Positions 17,918 through 29,900 of a DNA stretch of 64,000 nt are shown here, in pieces. The notes below the pieces were generated by a model. The model was not told where the DNA came from. It saw nothing but the letters and a program-made list of their open reading frames with translations, and did no database searches. Made by a program: the position numbers and the translations under genes. Where the stretch lies: positions 44,019 to 108,018 of the IMG/VR virus record IMGVR_UViG_3300019776_000564; one strand, written 5' to 3'. Numbering within the stretch: the first letter of the stretch is position 1; each line of letters begins with the position of its first letter. The DNA is from a virus.

Positions 17918-20900
17918 ATGAGTTTGGGCCAACTGGTTCTGGATCTGAAGCTCAACGGCAACGAATTTACCGTGGGGCTGAAATCAGCTTCAGGTCAATT
18001 GGGTCAATTCGTTGCTGGCGCTCAGCGCGCTAACAGTGTCATCAAGAGCGCTGAGCGCTCCACTTATTCGTGGGGCAATGTCATTAGAGATACGGTTATT
18101 GGGCTTGCTCTTGCCCGTGACGCTGTACGTACTCTAAGCGCAGTTACATTTGGTTGGCAGAAGGCTATCGTCGGTGTAAACAGCGATATGGAGAGATCCA
18201 TCGCTCTGATGAAAAACTTCTCGAAAGAGACCAACTCCGTAAAAGCTACATCCGAAGCCGTCTCTGACGTTAACAAGCTTCTGGAAAGAGCATCAACATC
18301 CCCATTCTCTCTCACCGCTATTACCGACGCCTTTGTTAAGCTGCGCGTTGGTGGCGTTGAGCCTGTATTTAAGTCGATGGACACCCTTGTGGACTCAGTG
18401 TCTGCATTTGGTGGTAGCGGCGAAAACCTTAAGCGTGCCGGCGTTGCTATTCAGCAGATGGCAGGTAAGGGCGTTGTCTCTATGGAAGAGCTTCGTCAGC
18501 AACTTGGTGAAGCTGTCCCGACTGCAATTAACGCAATGGCTGCCGGCCTTGGTACAACTTACTCGAAACTGGTTAAAGAGATTAGCCAGGGTAAAGTTCT
18601 ATCTAAGCCAGCGATCATCGCAATGATGCAACAGATGGAACTCCAATTTAAGGGTTCCGCCGCAAACATGATGAACACATGGGGCGGCGCTGTTGCTCAG
18701 TTTGAAACTGATGCCAAGAAACTAGCCGTAGCATTCGGTGGTCTTGGTAAAGATGGCTACGAAGAAGGCGGCTATCTAAAGACGATCACGAAGGAACTCA
18801 AAGGCCTTAACGAGGTTCTTTCAGACCCGGAGATCATCAACAGCGCCAGAGATATCGGTAAGGCTGTTGGTGAGATGATCACAAGCCTTGCAAACGGTAC
18901 AAAATGGGTTATTGCTCACCGTGAGGCGATCTATGAGTGGGGTAAGGCTCTTCTTTATCTCTGGGCTGCGTACAAAGGCGCATCGATTGTAAGTGGGGTT
19001 CTGAAGACTGCTGGCGCAGCAACAGAAACTCTTGCAATGAAACTCATTCAGATGAGGATGCAAGGTCAGAGCGTAACGACCGCGATGGGCGGTATGGTTA
19101 GCTCTATGAGTGGCTGGAACAGCACAGCGGCTATTGCAGCGGGTGGCGCTACAAGAATCGCAACCGGGTCTAACGCTGCCGGCGTAGCCGTTCGGGCGCT
19201 TGGTGGCGCCATTGGCATACTCGCAGGCCCAATCGGTCTTGCCGCAACGCTCGCTGTCAGCCTTGGTATGGCTTACTTTGAGTCAAAAAGAGGCGCGGAT
19301 GCAGCTAGAGATGCCGTTCTGGGCCTCAATGGCGCTCTGACTGATTACAACCAGCTTTCGATTCTTGGTCAGGCCAGAAACGATAAGAGAAAGTCTTATG
19401 AAGAGCTGTACGGCCCGGAAGCTGAAAAGAACCTTGCTTACCAAAGTAAGGAATACGTAGAGCAGTACAAGAAGGAAAAAGCGGCAGCGAAAGCTGACCT
19501 TGATAAGACCGATAGCGATCTGCTTAAGGCTCGCCTGAACGTTGCTCGGACTTATGCAAATACTGAGGCTCAAGGTGTTATCTCGGCAAACTCTGCCGCA
19601 ATCGCTGAGATCTCCAAGTCATACAAAATTGACTCTGCTGCCATCTATGAGCAGTTCGAGGAAGAGGCCAAGAAGAGCGGCAAGGCTTTCGACGAGGCCG
19701 GTTACAAGAATGCCTTGAAGCAACGAGGCAGCATCAAGTACCAAGAAGAGATTGATACCTACGTAGAGGCAAGAAACCAAGCTATCGAGGCTAAAAACAA
19801 GCTTGTAGCGGAGAACACGGATTCAAAAGGAAGGCTGATTGTTGATGATGAAAAACTCAAGCAGCTTGAAACCGCAAAGACTCTGATCTCCAGCTTCGAT
19901 GAGAAAATCGCAGATACCAAACTCTCAATGCAGGAGCTTGGTAAATATGATCTCGCCTCTACTCTTGTAAATGGCCCAGGCGGTAAGCCAGCAAAAGCTC
20001 AGTTCGATGCAATGACCATGTACGTAGATGGTCTGAGAAAGTCTGTAGCTGGTCTTGGCGCAAAGATTGAGGAAGAGAACCCCTACCTTGCTCAGCTTGA
20101 TGCAACCGTTGAAAGTCTTGGCGGCAAGAAGCTTCCAAACTTCGATGCAGTTTACGCATCCGGCGTTAAGCTTGCGGAACAGCGTTGGGCGCAAGAGAAG
20201 GCTCAAAAGGCTCTTACCTCTGCCAACAATGAATATAAGGATTCGATGGAGCGAATCGGACAGATTCAGAGGCTTATGAGCGGTAAGCTCAACAAGGCTG
20301 AAAATCTCAATCCATGGGAAAAGGCTTCTGCTGACGCAATCAGGTACGAAGACGAGCTTAATGATCTCGTCAAGAAGATGGATGACGCAAGAAAGCAGGC
20401 TGAATCCGCTGCTGGTAGCATGGGTCAAGGTCAGCTTGAAAAGCTTGCTGAGAAGGCAAGACTTGCTGAGAAGGCTGTAGATGACACCAGAGAAACACTT
20501 GAGAAGCTAAAGGTCACTGATACAGGCAAGGCTATGAAAAGCACTGCCGACGCCATCAATGACGCTCTTCTCAGTACCTCTGATAGAGCAAAGGCCGAGT
20601 ACGACCGCCAAACTGAGTGGGCTGATCAGTTTTACGCAAACCATAAAGATCAGTTGGAAAAAGACTCTGAGGCGTATGCTCAGTATTCCGAGTTTAGAAG
20701 GTCGCTTGACGCTCAGTATGCTCGGGAAAGCGAATCCGGGTTAGACCAATGGATTCGTCAAAACAGAGATGCAACCGAGCAGTATAAGAGCCTTTGGGGC
20801 TCTGCAATGAACAAGTTCACCGACACTCTTACCGATGCTCTGGTTGAGGGTAAGATGCAGTTTGGTGATTTTGTTAAGTACGTCCTCAAAGAGATCGTAA

Positions 20901-21478
20901 GGATTCAGGTAGCTAAGTCCATTGCTCTTGCTTCCGAACAAGCTCAGGGTGGCATTGGTAGCCTGCTCGGCCCTCTCCTGTCTATCGGCGCAAGCTTCTT
21001 TGGTGGAGGTAGCGCAGGTGCTCTTGGTAGCGCAAGTACAAGTGGCGCTGCAGCCGGTGCATCTGGCGTAGCTAACGGTATTGGTGCTGATCTCGGCAAC
21101 GTAGGCGTTCAGTTCCCGACTGAGTTCGCTAACGGCGGCATCATGACGAGATACGGTCAGCTTGCTCTGAAGAAGTACGCAAACGGTGGCATCGCGAATA
21201 GACCGCAAATCGCTCTATATGGTGAAGGTAAAACGCCAGAAGCTTATGTACCCCTGCCGGACGGCAGAACAATCCCGGTAACTATGAGTGGCGGTGATGG
21301 AAGCTCCTCTGGTGGCGACATCCAGATCAATATCAACGTTGCAACTGATGGCTCTACTTCCTCTGAAAGCAAAGGTAACGGCGCTGATCAATGGAAGTCG
21401 ATGGCAGAGAAAGTTAAAAACGTGGTTAGAGAGGAAATCGGTACTCAGAAACGCCCGGGTGGTATGCTTTATAGCTAA
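17918..21478 (+). CDS. tape measure protein
   Basis: 1186 aa from ATG 17918; tape-measure domain (QQMAGKGVVSMEELRQQLGE), lambda-like C-terminus (FANGGI, GEGKTPEAYVPL). Confidence 0.92.
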   Translation: MSLGQLVLDLKLNGNEFTVGLKSASGQLGQFVAGAQRANSVIKSAERSTYSWGNVIRDTVIGLALARDAVRTLSAVTFGWQKAIVGVNSDMERSIALMKNFSKETNSVKATSEAVSDVNKLLERASTSPFSLTAITDAFVKLRVGGVEPVFKSMDTLVDSVSAFGGSGENLKRAGVAIQQMAGKGVVSMEELRQQLGEAVPTAINAMAAGLGTTYSKLVKEISQGKVLSKPAIIAMMQQMELQFKGSAANMMNTWGGAVAQFETDAKKLAVAFGGLGKDGYEEGGYLKTITKELKGLNEVLSDPEIINSARDIGKAVGEMITSLANGTKWVIAHREAIYEWGKALLYLWAAYKGASIVSGVLKTAGAATETLAMKLIQMRMQGQSVTTAMGGMVSSMSGWNSTAAIAAGGATRIATGSNAAGVAVRALGGAIGILAGPIGLAATLAVSLGMAYFESKRGADAARDAVLGLNGALTDYNQLSILGQARNDKRKSYEELYGPEAEKNLAYQSKEYVEQYKKEKAAAKADLDKTDSDLLKARLNVARTYANTEAQGVISANSAAIAEISKSYKIDSAAIYEQFEEEAKKSGKAFDEAGYKNALKQRGSIKYQEEIDTYVEARNQAIEAKNKLVAENTDSKGRLIVDDEKLKQLETAKTLISSFDEKIADTKLSMQELGKYDLASTLVNGPGGKPAKAQFDAMTMYVDGLRKSVAGLGAKIEEENPYLAQLDATVESLGGKKLPNFDAVYASGVKLAEQRWAQEKAQKALTSANNEYKDSMERIGQIQRLMSGKLNKAENLNPWEKASADAIRYEDELNDLVKKMDDARKQAESAAGSMGQGQLEKLAEKARLAEKAVDDTRETLEKLKVTDTGKAMKSTADAINDALLSTSDRAKAEYDRQTEWADQFYANHKDQLEKDSEAYAQYSEFRRSLDAQYARESESGLDQWIRQNRDATEQYKSLWGSAMNKFTDTLTDALVEGKMQFGDFVKYVLKEIVRIQVAKSIALASEQAQGGIGSLLGPLLSIGASFFGGGSAGALGSASTSGAAAGASGVANGIGADLGNVGVQFPTEFANGGIMTRYGQLALKKYANGGIANRPQIALYGEGKTPEAYVPLPDGRTIPVTMSGGDGSSSGGDIQININVATDGSTSSESKGNGADQWKSMAEKVKNVVREEIGTQKRPGGMLYS

Positions 21479-21502
21479 TTGATCCGATAGATAGGCGATA
21501 AA

Positions 21503-21844
21503 ATGGCAAAAGATACTTTTGGGGAGGGGTGGCTACCTACTATCGGCCACTCCGTCGCGTACAAGCCTAATGTCAACCCGATTAAATTTGGGGACAATTA
21601 CGAAGTCAGAGTTCCATCCGGCATTAATAACAGGCCGGAGATCTGGTCTGTTTCATTCACATACAACTACGCAACGACCGCAGAAATACTGGCGTTTCTT
21701 GCTAGCCAGAACGCATACAAGTCCTTCTTCTGGAGAAGTCCTCACAATCAAACCATTACTGTGGTTTGCAGAGATTGGTCTGTATCTACAGATGAGGGCG
21801 TGAAGACCATCACCGCCAAATTTGAACAGGTGTTTGAGAACTGA
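21503..21844 (+). CDS. minor tail protein M (distal tail)
   Basis: FGDNYE..GIN, SFFWRSP, TAKFEQVF lambda gpM motifs. Confidence 0.88.
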   Translation: MAKDTFGEGWLPTIGHSVAYKPNVNPIKFGDNYEVRVPSGINNRPEIWSVSFTYNYATTAEILAFLASQNAYKSFFWRSPHNQTITVVCRDWSVSTDEGVKTITAKFEQVFEN

Positions 21845-21845
21845 T

Positions 21846-22583
21846 ATGACAATTCAGGAAGAAATTCAAAAGCTTGAACCATCTGCGGTAATCGAACTGT
21901 TTGAGCTGGATATGTCGAAGCATGGCTTGGTAAGCCAATACTTCCATGCAGGTACAAATAACCTCAACTCTGGCGTAGTGTGGAAAGGCATTACCTATAT
22001 GCCTTTGCCAATTGAAGCAGACGGGTTTGAGGTGAGTGCGGCCGGCAAAGTCTTGCCTAGACCTAGACTGAGGCTTGCCAACGTACAAGGCTTATTTTCG
22101 GCAGAGGTCGACGCATACGACGATCTAATTGGCTGCAAGATTATCCGTAGAAGAACTTTTACCAGATTTCTTGACGCTGTTAACTTTGAAGGCGGCGTAA
22201 ACCCTAGCGCAGATCCTGGACAGCAATACCCGGAAGAGATCTGGTTTGTTGAACAGAAAATATCGGAGAACAAGTATCTCATTGAGTGGGAACTTGCATC
22301 CGTATTTGACCTTCAGGGTGTAATGCTGCCTCGCAGACAGATGGTTCGTAACGGCTGCCCTTTCGGCTATCGAATCTGGAACCCTCTAACGGGTTCATTT
22401 GACTATTCTGGTGCTGGTGATTGTGGATATTCAGGTAGCGCCTATTTCGACATCAACGACAACCCGGTAGCAGATCCTTCTAAAGATCGGTGCAGTAAGC
22501 ATTACGGCGCCTGCGAGAAGAGACATCCTGCTCCAGAAAACGTGCCATTCGGAGGATTCCCAGGTGCAGTCAATCTCCAGTAA
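21846..22583 (+). CDS. minor tail protein L
   Basis: IELFELD, PIEADGFE, RRRTF..FLDAVNF, Fe-S cysteines, PFGGFPG. Confidence 0.92.
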   Translation: MTIQEEIQKLEPSAVIELFELDMSKHGLVSQYFHAGTNNLNSGVVWKGITYMPLPIEADGFEVSAAGKVLPRPRLRLANVQGLFSAEVDAYDDLIGCKIIRRRTFTRFLDAVNFEGGVNPSADPGQQYPEEIWFVEQKISENKYLIEWELASVFDLQGVMLPRRQMVRNGCPFGYRIWNPLTGSFDYSGAGDCGYSGSAYFDINDNPVADPSKDRCSKHYGACEKRHPAPENVPFGGFPGAVNLQ

Positions 22584-23319
22584 GCTTTACGATTTCATCT
22601 GCCAAGAGGCCAAAAAGAATTTTCCCAACGAGTCATGCGGATTAATTCTGAAGAAGGGCAAGAAGCAGAGAATTGTGGCTGTACCAAACGTTTCTTTGCA
22701 GCCAAATAATCAGTTCCTCATGGCAAGATCTGACGTTGAGGCTGCGGCCAACGGCGAAGAAATTCTTTGCGTATGGCATACACACTGCAACATTCCACCT
22801 AAACCCTCTGAAGCTGATGTAGCGGGCTGTGAAGCGACTTCTGTCCCCTGGGTTATCGTATCAGTCTATAAAGACGAGGACGGCCCATACAGCTTCTCAG
22901 ATATGTTCACGCTCGAACCTTCGGGTGAGTTGATCGACTATATCGGGCGCCCTTATGTGTTCGGGTCGCTAGACTGTTGGACGCTGATTCGTGACTACTA
23001 CAAGCGAGAGTACGGAGTAAGTCTTGGCGAGTACCCAAGAATCCATGAGTTCTGGAAAAGCCCAACGAGCAATTTCTTTGGTGATAAGAGCAACTGGGAA
23101 TCTGAAGGTCTTTACTCTATTCAAGAGTCCGAGCTTAAAGAAGGCGACTTGATCTTTTTCTCAACTGACGGCTCTGGTAATCCAAACCATGCCGCAGTCT
23201 ATATAGGTGGCGACCTGATCCTTCATCACGTAACGGACAGGCTTTCAAAGCGTGACGTTTACTACGGGTATTGGGAAAAGAACGCTGTAGCATTTCTGAG
23301 GTGTAAGCATGTCAGTTGA
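22564..23319 (+). CDS. tail assembly protein K (JAB/MPN + NlpC/P60)
   Basis: PNESCG, intact JAMM motif HTH..PSEAD; DCW...H...H NlpC/P60. Confidence 0.92.
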   Translation: MQSISSKLYDFICQEAKKNFPNESCGLILKKGKKQRIVAVPNVSLQPNNQFLMARSDVEAAANGEEILCVWHTHCNIPPKPSEADVAGCEATSVPWVIVSVYKDEDGPYSFSDMFTLEPSGELIDYIGRPYVFGSLDCWTLIRDYYKREYGVSLGEYPRIHEFWKSPTSNFFGDKSNWESEGLYSIQESELKEGDLIFFSTDGSGNPNHAAVYIGGDLILHHVTDRLSKRDVYYGYWEKNAVAFLRCKHVS

Positions 23320-23923
23320 GATCGCACTGGAAGGCATTCTTGGTAAGAAATTTGGCAAGCTTTGGAATCTGCATGTTGATTCGCCGTCTGAAGCTCTTAG
23401 CCTCATCGATGCAAACCAACCCGGCATCATTTCTTGGATTAGAAAAAACGAGGATATTTACAGTAAGTACCGCGTCACCTGCGTATACGAAAATGGTGTG
23501 TCGGAGGATCTATCCGAAGACAACTACCTACTTGAAAGAGGAAGCCTGAAGAGAATTGTCTTCGAGGTAGTAATCGAAGGTGCCGGTGGTAACGGCGTAT
23601 TGCAGACGGTCATTGGCGTTGCACTTATCGTGGCCGGCGTAATTATCAACGCAGGAACTGGCGGAGCAGGCTCTCCGCTTGGTACAGCGATGATCTCTGC
23701 CGGTATCGGTATGATGATCGGCGGCGTTATTCAGATGCTCACGCCTCAGCCGAAAATTGACCGAGATGAGTCCAGTAGCGGTGGTGGTAAGAAAGCATCC
23801 AGTTATTTTGATGGCGCATCGAATACTACCAATCAGGGCAATCCAGTGCCTCTCTGTTATGGTAATGTTCTCGCAGGCTCGCAAGCCGTATCCGTAAACC
23901 TCGTTATCAACCAGGTGCTTTAA
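23309..23923 (+). CDS. tail assembly protein I (ubiquitin-like N-domain)
   Basis: LGKKFG..., IEGAGG, Gly-rich hydrophobic segment, QGNPVPLCYG. Confidence 0.9.
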   Translation: MSVEIALEGILGKKFGKLWNLHVDSPSEALSLIDANQPGIISWIRKNEDIYSKYRVTCVYENGVSEDLSEDNYLLERGSLKRIVFEVVIEGAGGNGVLQTVIGVALIVAGVIINAGTGGAGSPLGTAMISAGIGMMIGGVIQMLTPQPKIDRDESSSGGGKKASSYFDGASNTTNQGNPVPLCYGNVLAGSQAVSVNLVINQVL

Positions 23924-23925
23924 AT

Positions 23926-26900
23926 ATGAGCGAAGAATTATCAACCATCGCCGGTGCTGGCGGTGGCGGTGGGTGTTTCAGAAAGGGCACTCAAGTACAG
24001 CTTGAGAATGGCAAAACTATTGCCATTGAGCTTCTCAAGGTTGGTGATGAGGTTCTTGCTTTCGACGAGCAGGGCAAGATTCACGTATCTAAGGTAACGA
24101 AGGTTCACTTCCATGAGAAGCCAGAGCCTATCCTTCGCGTGAAGTTCTGGAAAGGTGAGACGCACATCACGCCAAACCATTGGGTTCTGAACCAATACGA
24201 CGCCTTTGCGGAGATCAGTCGGCTCACATACCACGATGCTCTGGTTGACGGTATGGGTCATCTTAGACCAATCACACTTGCCGAGTACGTGGGTAATGAG
24301 CCTGTATGGAACCTTACCGTTGAGCCTCACCATACCTTTATTGCTGACGGCATCCGCGTTCACAACGGCGGTCATAGAGACAGATTTCCAACCGTAGCGG
24401 GCGCTGGTGGTGGCGGTGGCGGCAAAAGTGAAGGTCGCCAAGCAATCGAAGACCCGGATAGTCTTCAATCAAAGGCTCTTATCAGCATTGTTGACGTTAT
24501 CGGCGAAGGTGAGATTGGCGGTCTTGAGGATTCTGCAAAGAGCATTCTTCTCAACGGCACGCCATTGATGAACGCAAACGGAACGATGAACTTCAAGAAC
24601 GTTTCTTGGACGTTCCGTAACGGCACACAAAATCAGTTGCCGATGAAGAACTACGTGGATGCAGCTACGCCTAGATCCATTGGCGTTCAGGTTAAATACG
24701 GCGCACCGTCGGTATTCTCCGTTACGAACCCGGATGTTGATGAAGTTAACGTAGTAGTCACCATGCCATCCCTGTTTAAGCAGGACAAATCTACAGGCGA
24801 CATTCACGGGACAAGCGTTCAGTATCAGTTTGCTGTAAAGGCTGATAACGGAGCATTCGTTAACTACGGCCCTCCCGTAACTGTTACCGGCAAAACATCC
24901 GGTAAGTATCAGCGCGCCACAAAAATCGTTCTGCCAAAACCAGCAGGTCGCTGGGATATCAGAATGACAAGGATTACGCCAGACGCTCCCGATTCGTCTA
25001 TCGCGAACGTCACTCACCTCGACAGCATTGTTGAGGTCGTAAAGTCTCGCCTCAATTACCCAAACACCGCTATCGTTGGCCTGACAATTGACTCGTCTCA
25101 GTTCTCTCAGGTTCCAACCAGATCGTACAAGATCAAAGGGATCAAGATTAAGGTTCCAAGCAACTACGATCCTGTTACTCGGGTGTACAGCGGTATCTGG
25201 GATGGCAGCTTTAAGAACGCCGTTTCCAGCAACCCGGCGTGGATCATGTATGACCTGCTAACGTCGAAACGCTACGGTCTTGGTGAATACATTTCCCAAA
25301 ATCAGGTAAGCAAGGCTTCTCTGTACTCCATCGGCAGATACTGTGATGAGATGGTGCCTGGCGAAGACGGTGTTGATGAGCCTCGTTTTCAGATCAACAC
25401 TCAGATCCAATCTCAGCAAGAGGCTTACAAGCTCCTTTCTGACATCAGCTCCGCATTCAGAGGTATGTCCTACTGGAGCGGCGGCGTAGTAGGTTTTACT
25501 CAGGACTGCCCTCAAGATCCTTCGATGGTCTTCAGCCCATCTAACGTCATCGATGGCCTTTTCAACTATGTTGGTGCATCCAGAAAGGATCGTCACAGTG
25601 TTGTGATGGTTACTTGGAATGATCCAAAACAGGACTATAAACAGGCTGTAGAGTACGTCGAAAGCCCAGAACTTATCTCTCAGCTTGGCGTTAGATCGGT
25701 CGAGACCGTTGCGTTTGGATGCACAAGCAGAACGCAAGCGCGAAGAGTCGGTCTTTGGATTCTTTACACCGAAAGGTACGAGTCCAGCGTCGTAAACTTC
25801 AGCGTCGGCCCAGAAGCATCCATGTTGATGCCGGGTGAAGTCGCTCAGATTAACGACCCAAGCAAAGCCGGTCGTAGAATGGCTGGCAGACTTGCTTCCT
25901 GCACCTTGAACTCTGCCACTTTGGATTCTGAGGTAGAGATCAAAGACGCGGAAGCGAATATCTCCATTCGTATGCCAGATGGCTCTTTTGAGGATAGAAC
26001 TGTACTTGAAGGGCCGGGTAAATACACGTCGCTCACTTGGACTTCGCCGCTACCATCTGAGCCGGTTGCAAATGCGATCTTTATCGTTTCTGAGGCAAAC
26101 CTTAAACCGCTTTTGGTGAGAATCGTCAGCGTCGCTGAAAACTACGGCGAAGGTAAAGGCACTTACTCCATCACTGCGATTGAGCACAACCCCGGAAAGT
26201 ATGCTGAGATCGAGCGTGACGCCCCTCACGAAATTCGGTACGTCTCTGATATGCAACTTGTGCCAGAGCCACCAACTGGACTTGTTACGGTTGATTCGAT
26301 CTTCAAATCTGGCGCGTCAATCCTCTCAAGACTGTCTGTTTCGTGGGATAGCGACGACAAGTCCATTGCATCATGGACGGTTCGCATTCGCTCTCAAAAT
26401 GATAGTAACTGGGAGGCGCGCGATAACATCACCATCCCATCGGTCGACTTCGACAATGTTACAGATGGTGAGAGCTACATCGTTGAGGTTTACAGCGTTA
26501 ACCCTCTTGGTAACAGGTCTTCTACGCCGGCTGTTACCACTCATACAGTGCTTGGCAAAAAACTGCCTCCGTCTGACGTGACTGGATTCGAGTCGCGAGC
26601 AGCCGGCAACCGTATGCTGTTTACCTGGGATAACGCAAAGGACGTTGACCTTAAAGAGTATGAGGTTCGCAGAGATGATATCGGCTGGGGAGACGAAGAC
26701 CCTGCTGTTCTGGTATATCGAGGCGCCGCAAACTCCTTCTCCGTTGAAGAGACTGATGGCGCGGCAACAGACAGCACCCTGTACATCAAGGCTGTGGATA
26801 CAAGCGGAAACTTCTCTGAGAACGCCAGCTTGGTCAACGTCACGTTCGTTAGACCTACGACGCCAGTTATTCGTCTGAAAATCTCCGATACATCCACTGT

Positions 26901-29900
26901 ATCGGCAACAGCATCTCTTGAGTGGAACCCATCCACTTCTGACTTCGCCGTTTCTCAGTACGAAGTGACCGTGAGCAAGCCGGGTGTTGCGTCTGAGGTT
27001 TTCACTCAATCCAATACCTCTTTCCAGCTTGATATGGATTTTGTAGGTAGCGCGACGATTTCGGTTGTAGCAGTTGATGCTCACGGCAAGAGATCCAATA
27101 GCGGTTTCAAGACTGTAGAGTCGTTAATGCCGGCCGCACCTACGTCCTTCCAGTTTCTGCCAGCAGAGGTGGGCACGCTGAAGCTCGTATGGGCTGAAGC
27201 GAACAGAACTACGCTAGCAGTAGCGGGCTATGAAGTTCGTGACGTAGACGCTAATTGGGGAGCTTTTGGGGCTATTCATAAGGGCTCTGTGCCCATGTGT
27301 ACCCTCAACAACATCAGTGTTGGAGATAACACCTTCTATGTCAGATCTTTTGACACCGAAGGCAGATACTCCTCGTCGATGGTCGCCACCTACACCTACA
27401 CAGGCCCTTCAATGGTTGGCGTGATTGGTCATTCGGTGAGTGACAGTGCCGTTACCTCAGCGAGCGTTCGTTTTAGCTGGTTTGAAGCAACCAGTCCATT
27501 TGGTGTGGATCGGTATGTCGCAACTCTGACAAAGCCGGATGTAATCGAGCCTGTTGTTTACACAACCAGATCCAATGAATGGGTAACGAACATTGACTGG
27601 ATCGGTGATGCGACGATAGAAATTGCCGCTTACGACAATGCGGGAAATATCACTTCTGCGCCTATCACCAAGGTTGTATCTCGCGCTCGACCAAACCCAA
27701 TTACAGCGGTCGACACGAACCTCGTTAGCTACGCGAACGGTAAGGTCACTCTTTCGTTTGAGTGGTCTGATGTTGGGCTTGAAACAACTCTGCCAATTGC
27801 AGGTTTTGAGATCAGAAAGACCGATTCTAATTTCGGTAAATCCGGTTTCGCTTACAGAGGTGCGAGCGCAGTAGCTCAGATCGCCGGCATCCCAACAAAT
27901 GCTGACGTTAACTACTACGTCAGACCATACGATACTGAGGGAACGTACTCGGATACCTCGTTTAACATTTTCGTAGGTAGAAACATTGGCCCTGAACCTG
28001 TTACCGACATCACTTCTGTGCCATACGGTCAACTGCTTCGCATCAAATGGAAAGCTCCATTGACTACTGGTGGTGAGGTTCGCTACGAGCTTCGCTGGAA
28101 TGACGCTAACTGGGGCGTTGATGACGCTAACCGAATCTACTACGGGTCTAACCTGTATGCAGACGTTCGTCTTGCGAATCTTGGCTCAAACAAGGTTTAC
28201 ATTCGCGTTCTGGATCAGTTCTTCCAGTGGTCTGTGACTACTAACCATGAGTACATTTACAGCATTGCCGATCCGGTTGGATTCACGTATCAGTTTGGTA
28301 CAGCCACTTCACCTCAGATCATTCTGAAGTGGAACGCGGCCGCTCCAGCTTTTGGCTTGTCAGAGTACGTTCTGACTAGCGACGTTGATTCGATCACCTT
28401 GAAGGCTACAACAAAGACTCTGCCTGCAACCTGGGACGGATCGAGAGCCTTTACGCTCAAGGTAAAAGACAACAATGGCAATCTGTCCAACCCGGTAACT
28501 ATTACTGCCGACATTGCGCCGCCTGTAAACTCTACCGTCATGCCGACGTACAAGTTGAGTGCGGTCAAAAACAACCTGGCTACTATCGTTATCAACTGGA
28601 CTGATGCCACAAAGGGCGCTTTACCTATCAAGGGTTATGAGGTAAGAGATACTGACAGCGGTTGGGGCACCGGTGGCGCTATTTATGATGGTGTTCAATC
28701 TGCCTGCACGATCACAAACGTCCCTATGAACACCACCAGTACGTGGTATCTGAGAGCGTATGACGTATCGAAAAACTACGCCGCAACATCCTACGTAATT
28801 GAGAACGACGGACTCACACCGCCAAGTCAATTGACCGGGCTTTACGGTATTGCAGAGGGCACTGGGTATCGTCTCAATTGGGATCAAGCTACAGACATCG
28901 ATGTCGTTGAATATGAGGTTAGAACCTCTGACTCGAATTGGGGTCTTGCTGGTCAGGTTTATCGCGGTATTCAAGCTACGTGCTTGATCGCCAAGCCGCC
29001 AGTTGCGGGCACAACCTACTACCTTCGCGCTAAAGACGCCTATGGTCAGAGAAGTATTGCGACGACGCTGGTGTTCACTTACCCAACTCCAGATCCGGTG
29101 AGTGATATTTTCTTCAACTTCGTTGATGCGGCAGGCACCATGTTGATTGACTGGCCGACTGCAACACCGGACTTCCGTCTGAAGAACTACAAGCTCAGCT
29201 ATATGGAAGACGCGACGCTTAAGACTGTGACTACCGCTGCAAGCTCCGTTACCATCAAGCCAAACTGGTTTGGTGACAGAGAGTACAAGGTTGTCGTTGT
29301 CGATACATATGGAGTTGAGTCCAGTGCCACCGCAAGAACTGTAACGGTTGCAAAACCTGGATCAGTAACCTCGCCGGCAGCAAGTGTTGTATCCATCAAG
29401 GCCGGCAACCAGACAATCAAAATTGACTGGCCTGATGCTGCAAAAGGCTCTTTCAACATTGCTGGTTATGAGATCAGAACTGCGGATTCTGGGTGGGGAA
29501 CTGCTGGCTATAAATACAAGGGCGCCGCTTCTCAAGCAACCTTGTCCAGCGTGAGCACTACTGCGGCAACAACTTGGTATCTCAAAGCGTATGACGGGTT
29601 GGGCAACTACAGCCAAACCGCAACCGCACTGACGTACAACCCTGTTCTGCCAAACGAAGTGACATCGGTTACAGTCAAGCGAGTAAAGGCTGTTCTTGAG
29701 ATCTCCAGCGTAACTACCGTCAAGCCTGCTGACTTTAGCTGCGTTCAGTACCGAATCGCCAAAGTCATGCCGGGGTCTACTTCTGGCGATGATACTGGGA
29801 TCGATGAGGGCGTAATCTCTACTGGTGATTTCTGGAACGACCCGGATTGCTTGATCTATAACGGAACGGAAACGTCAGATAAGATCAGGGTTAACATCAG

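Noticed and set aside
23974-24366. Canonical mobile intein
   Set aside because: No homing endonuclease and +1 is Gly, so standard splicing is not supported; reported as a BIL-like Hint instead.
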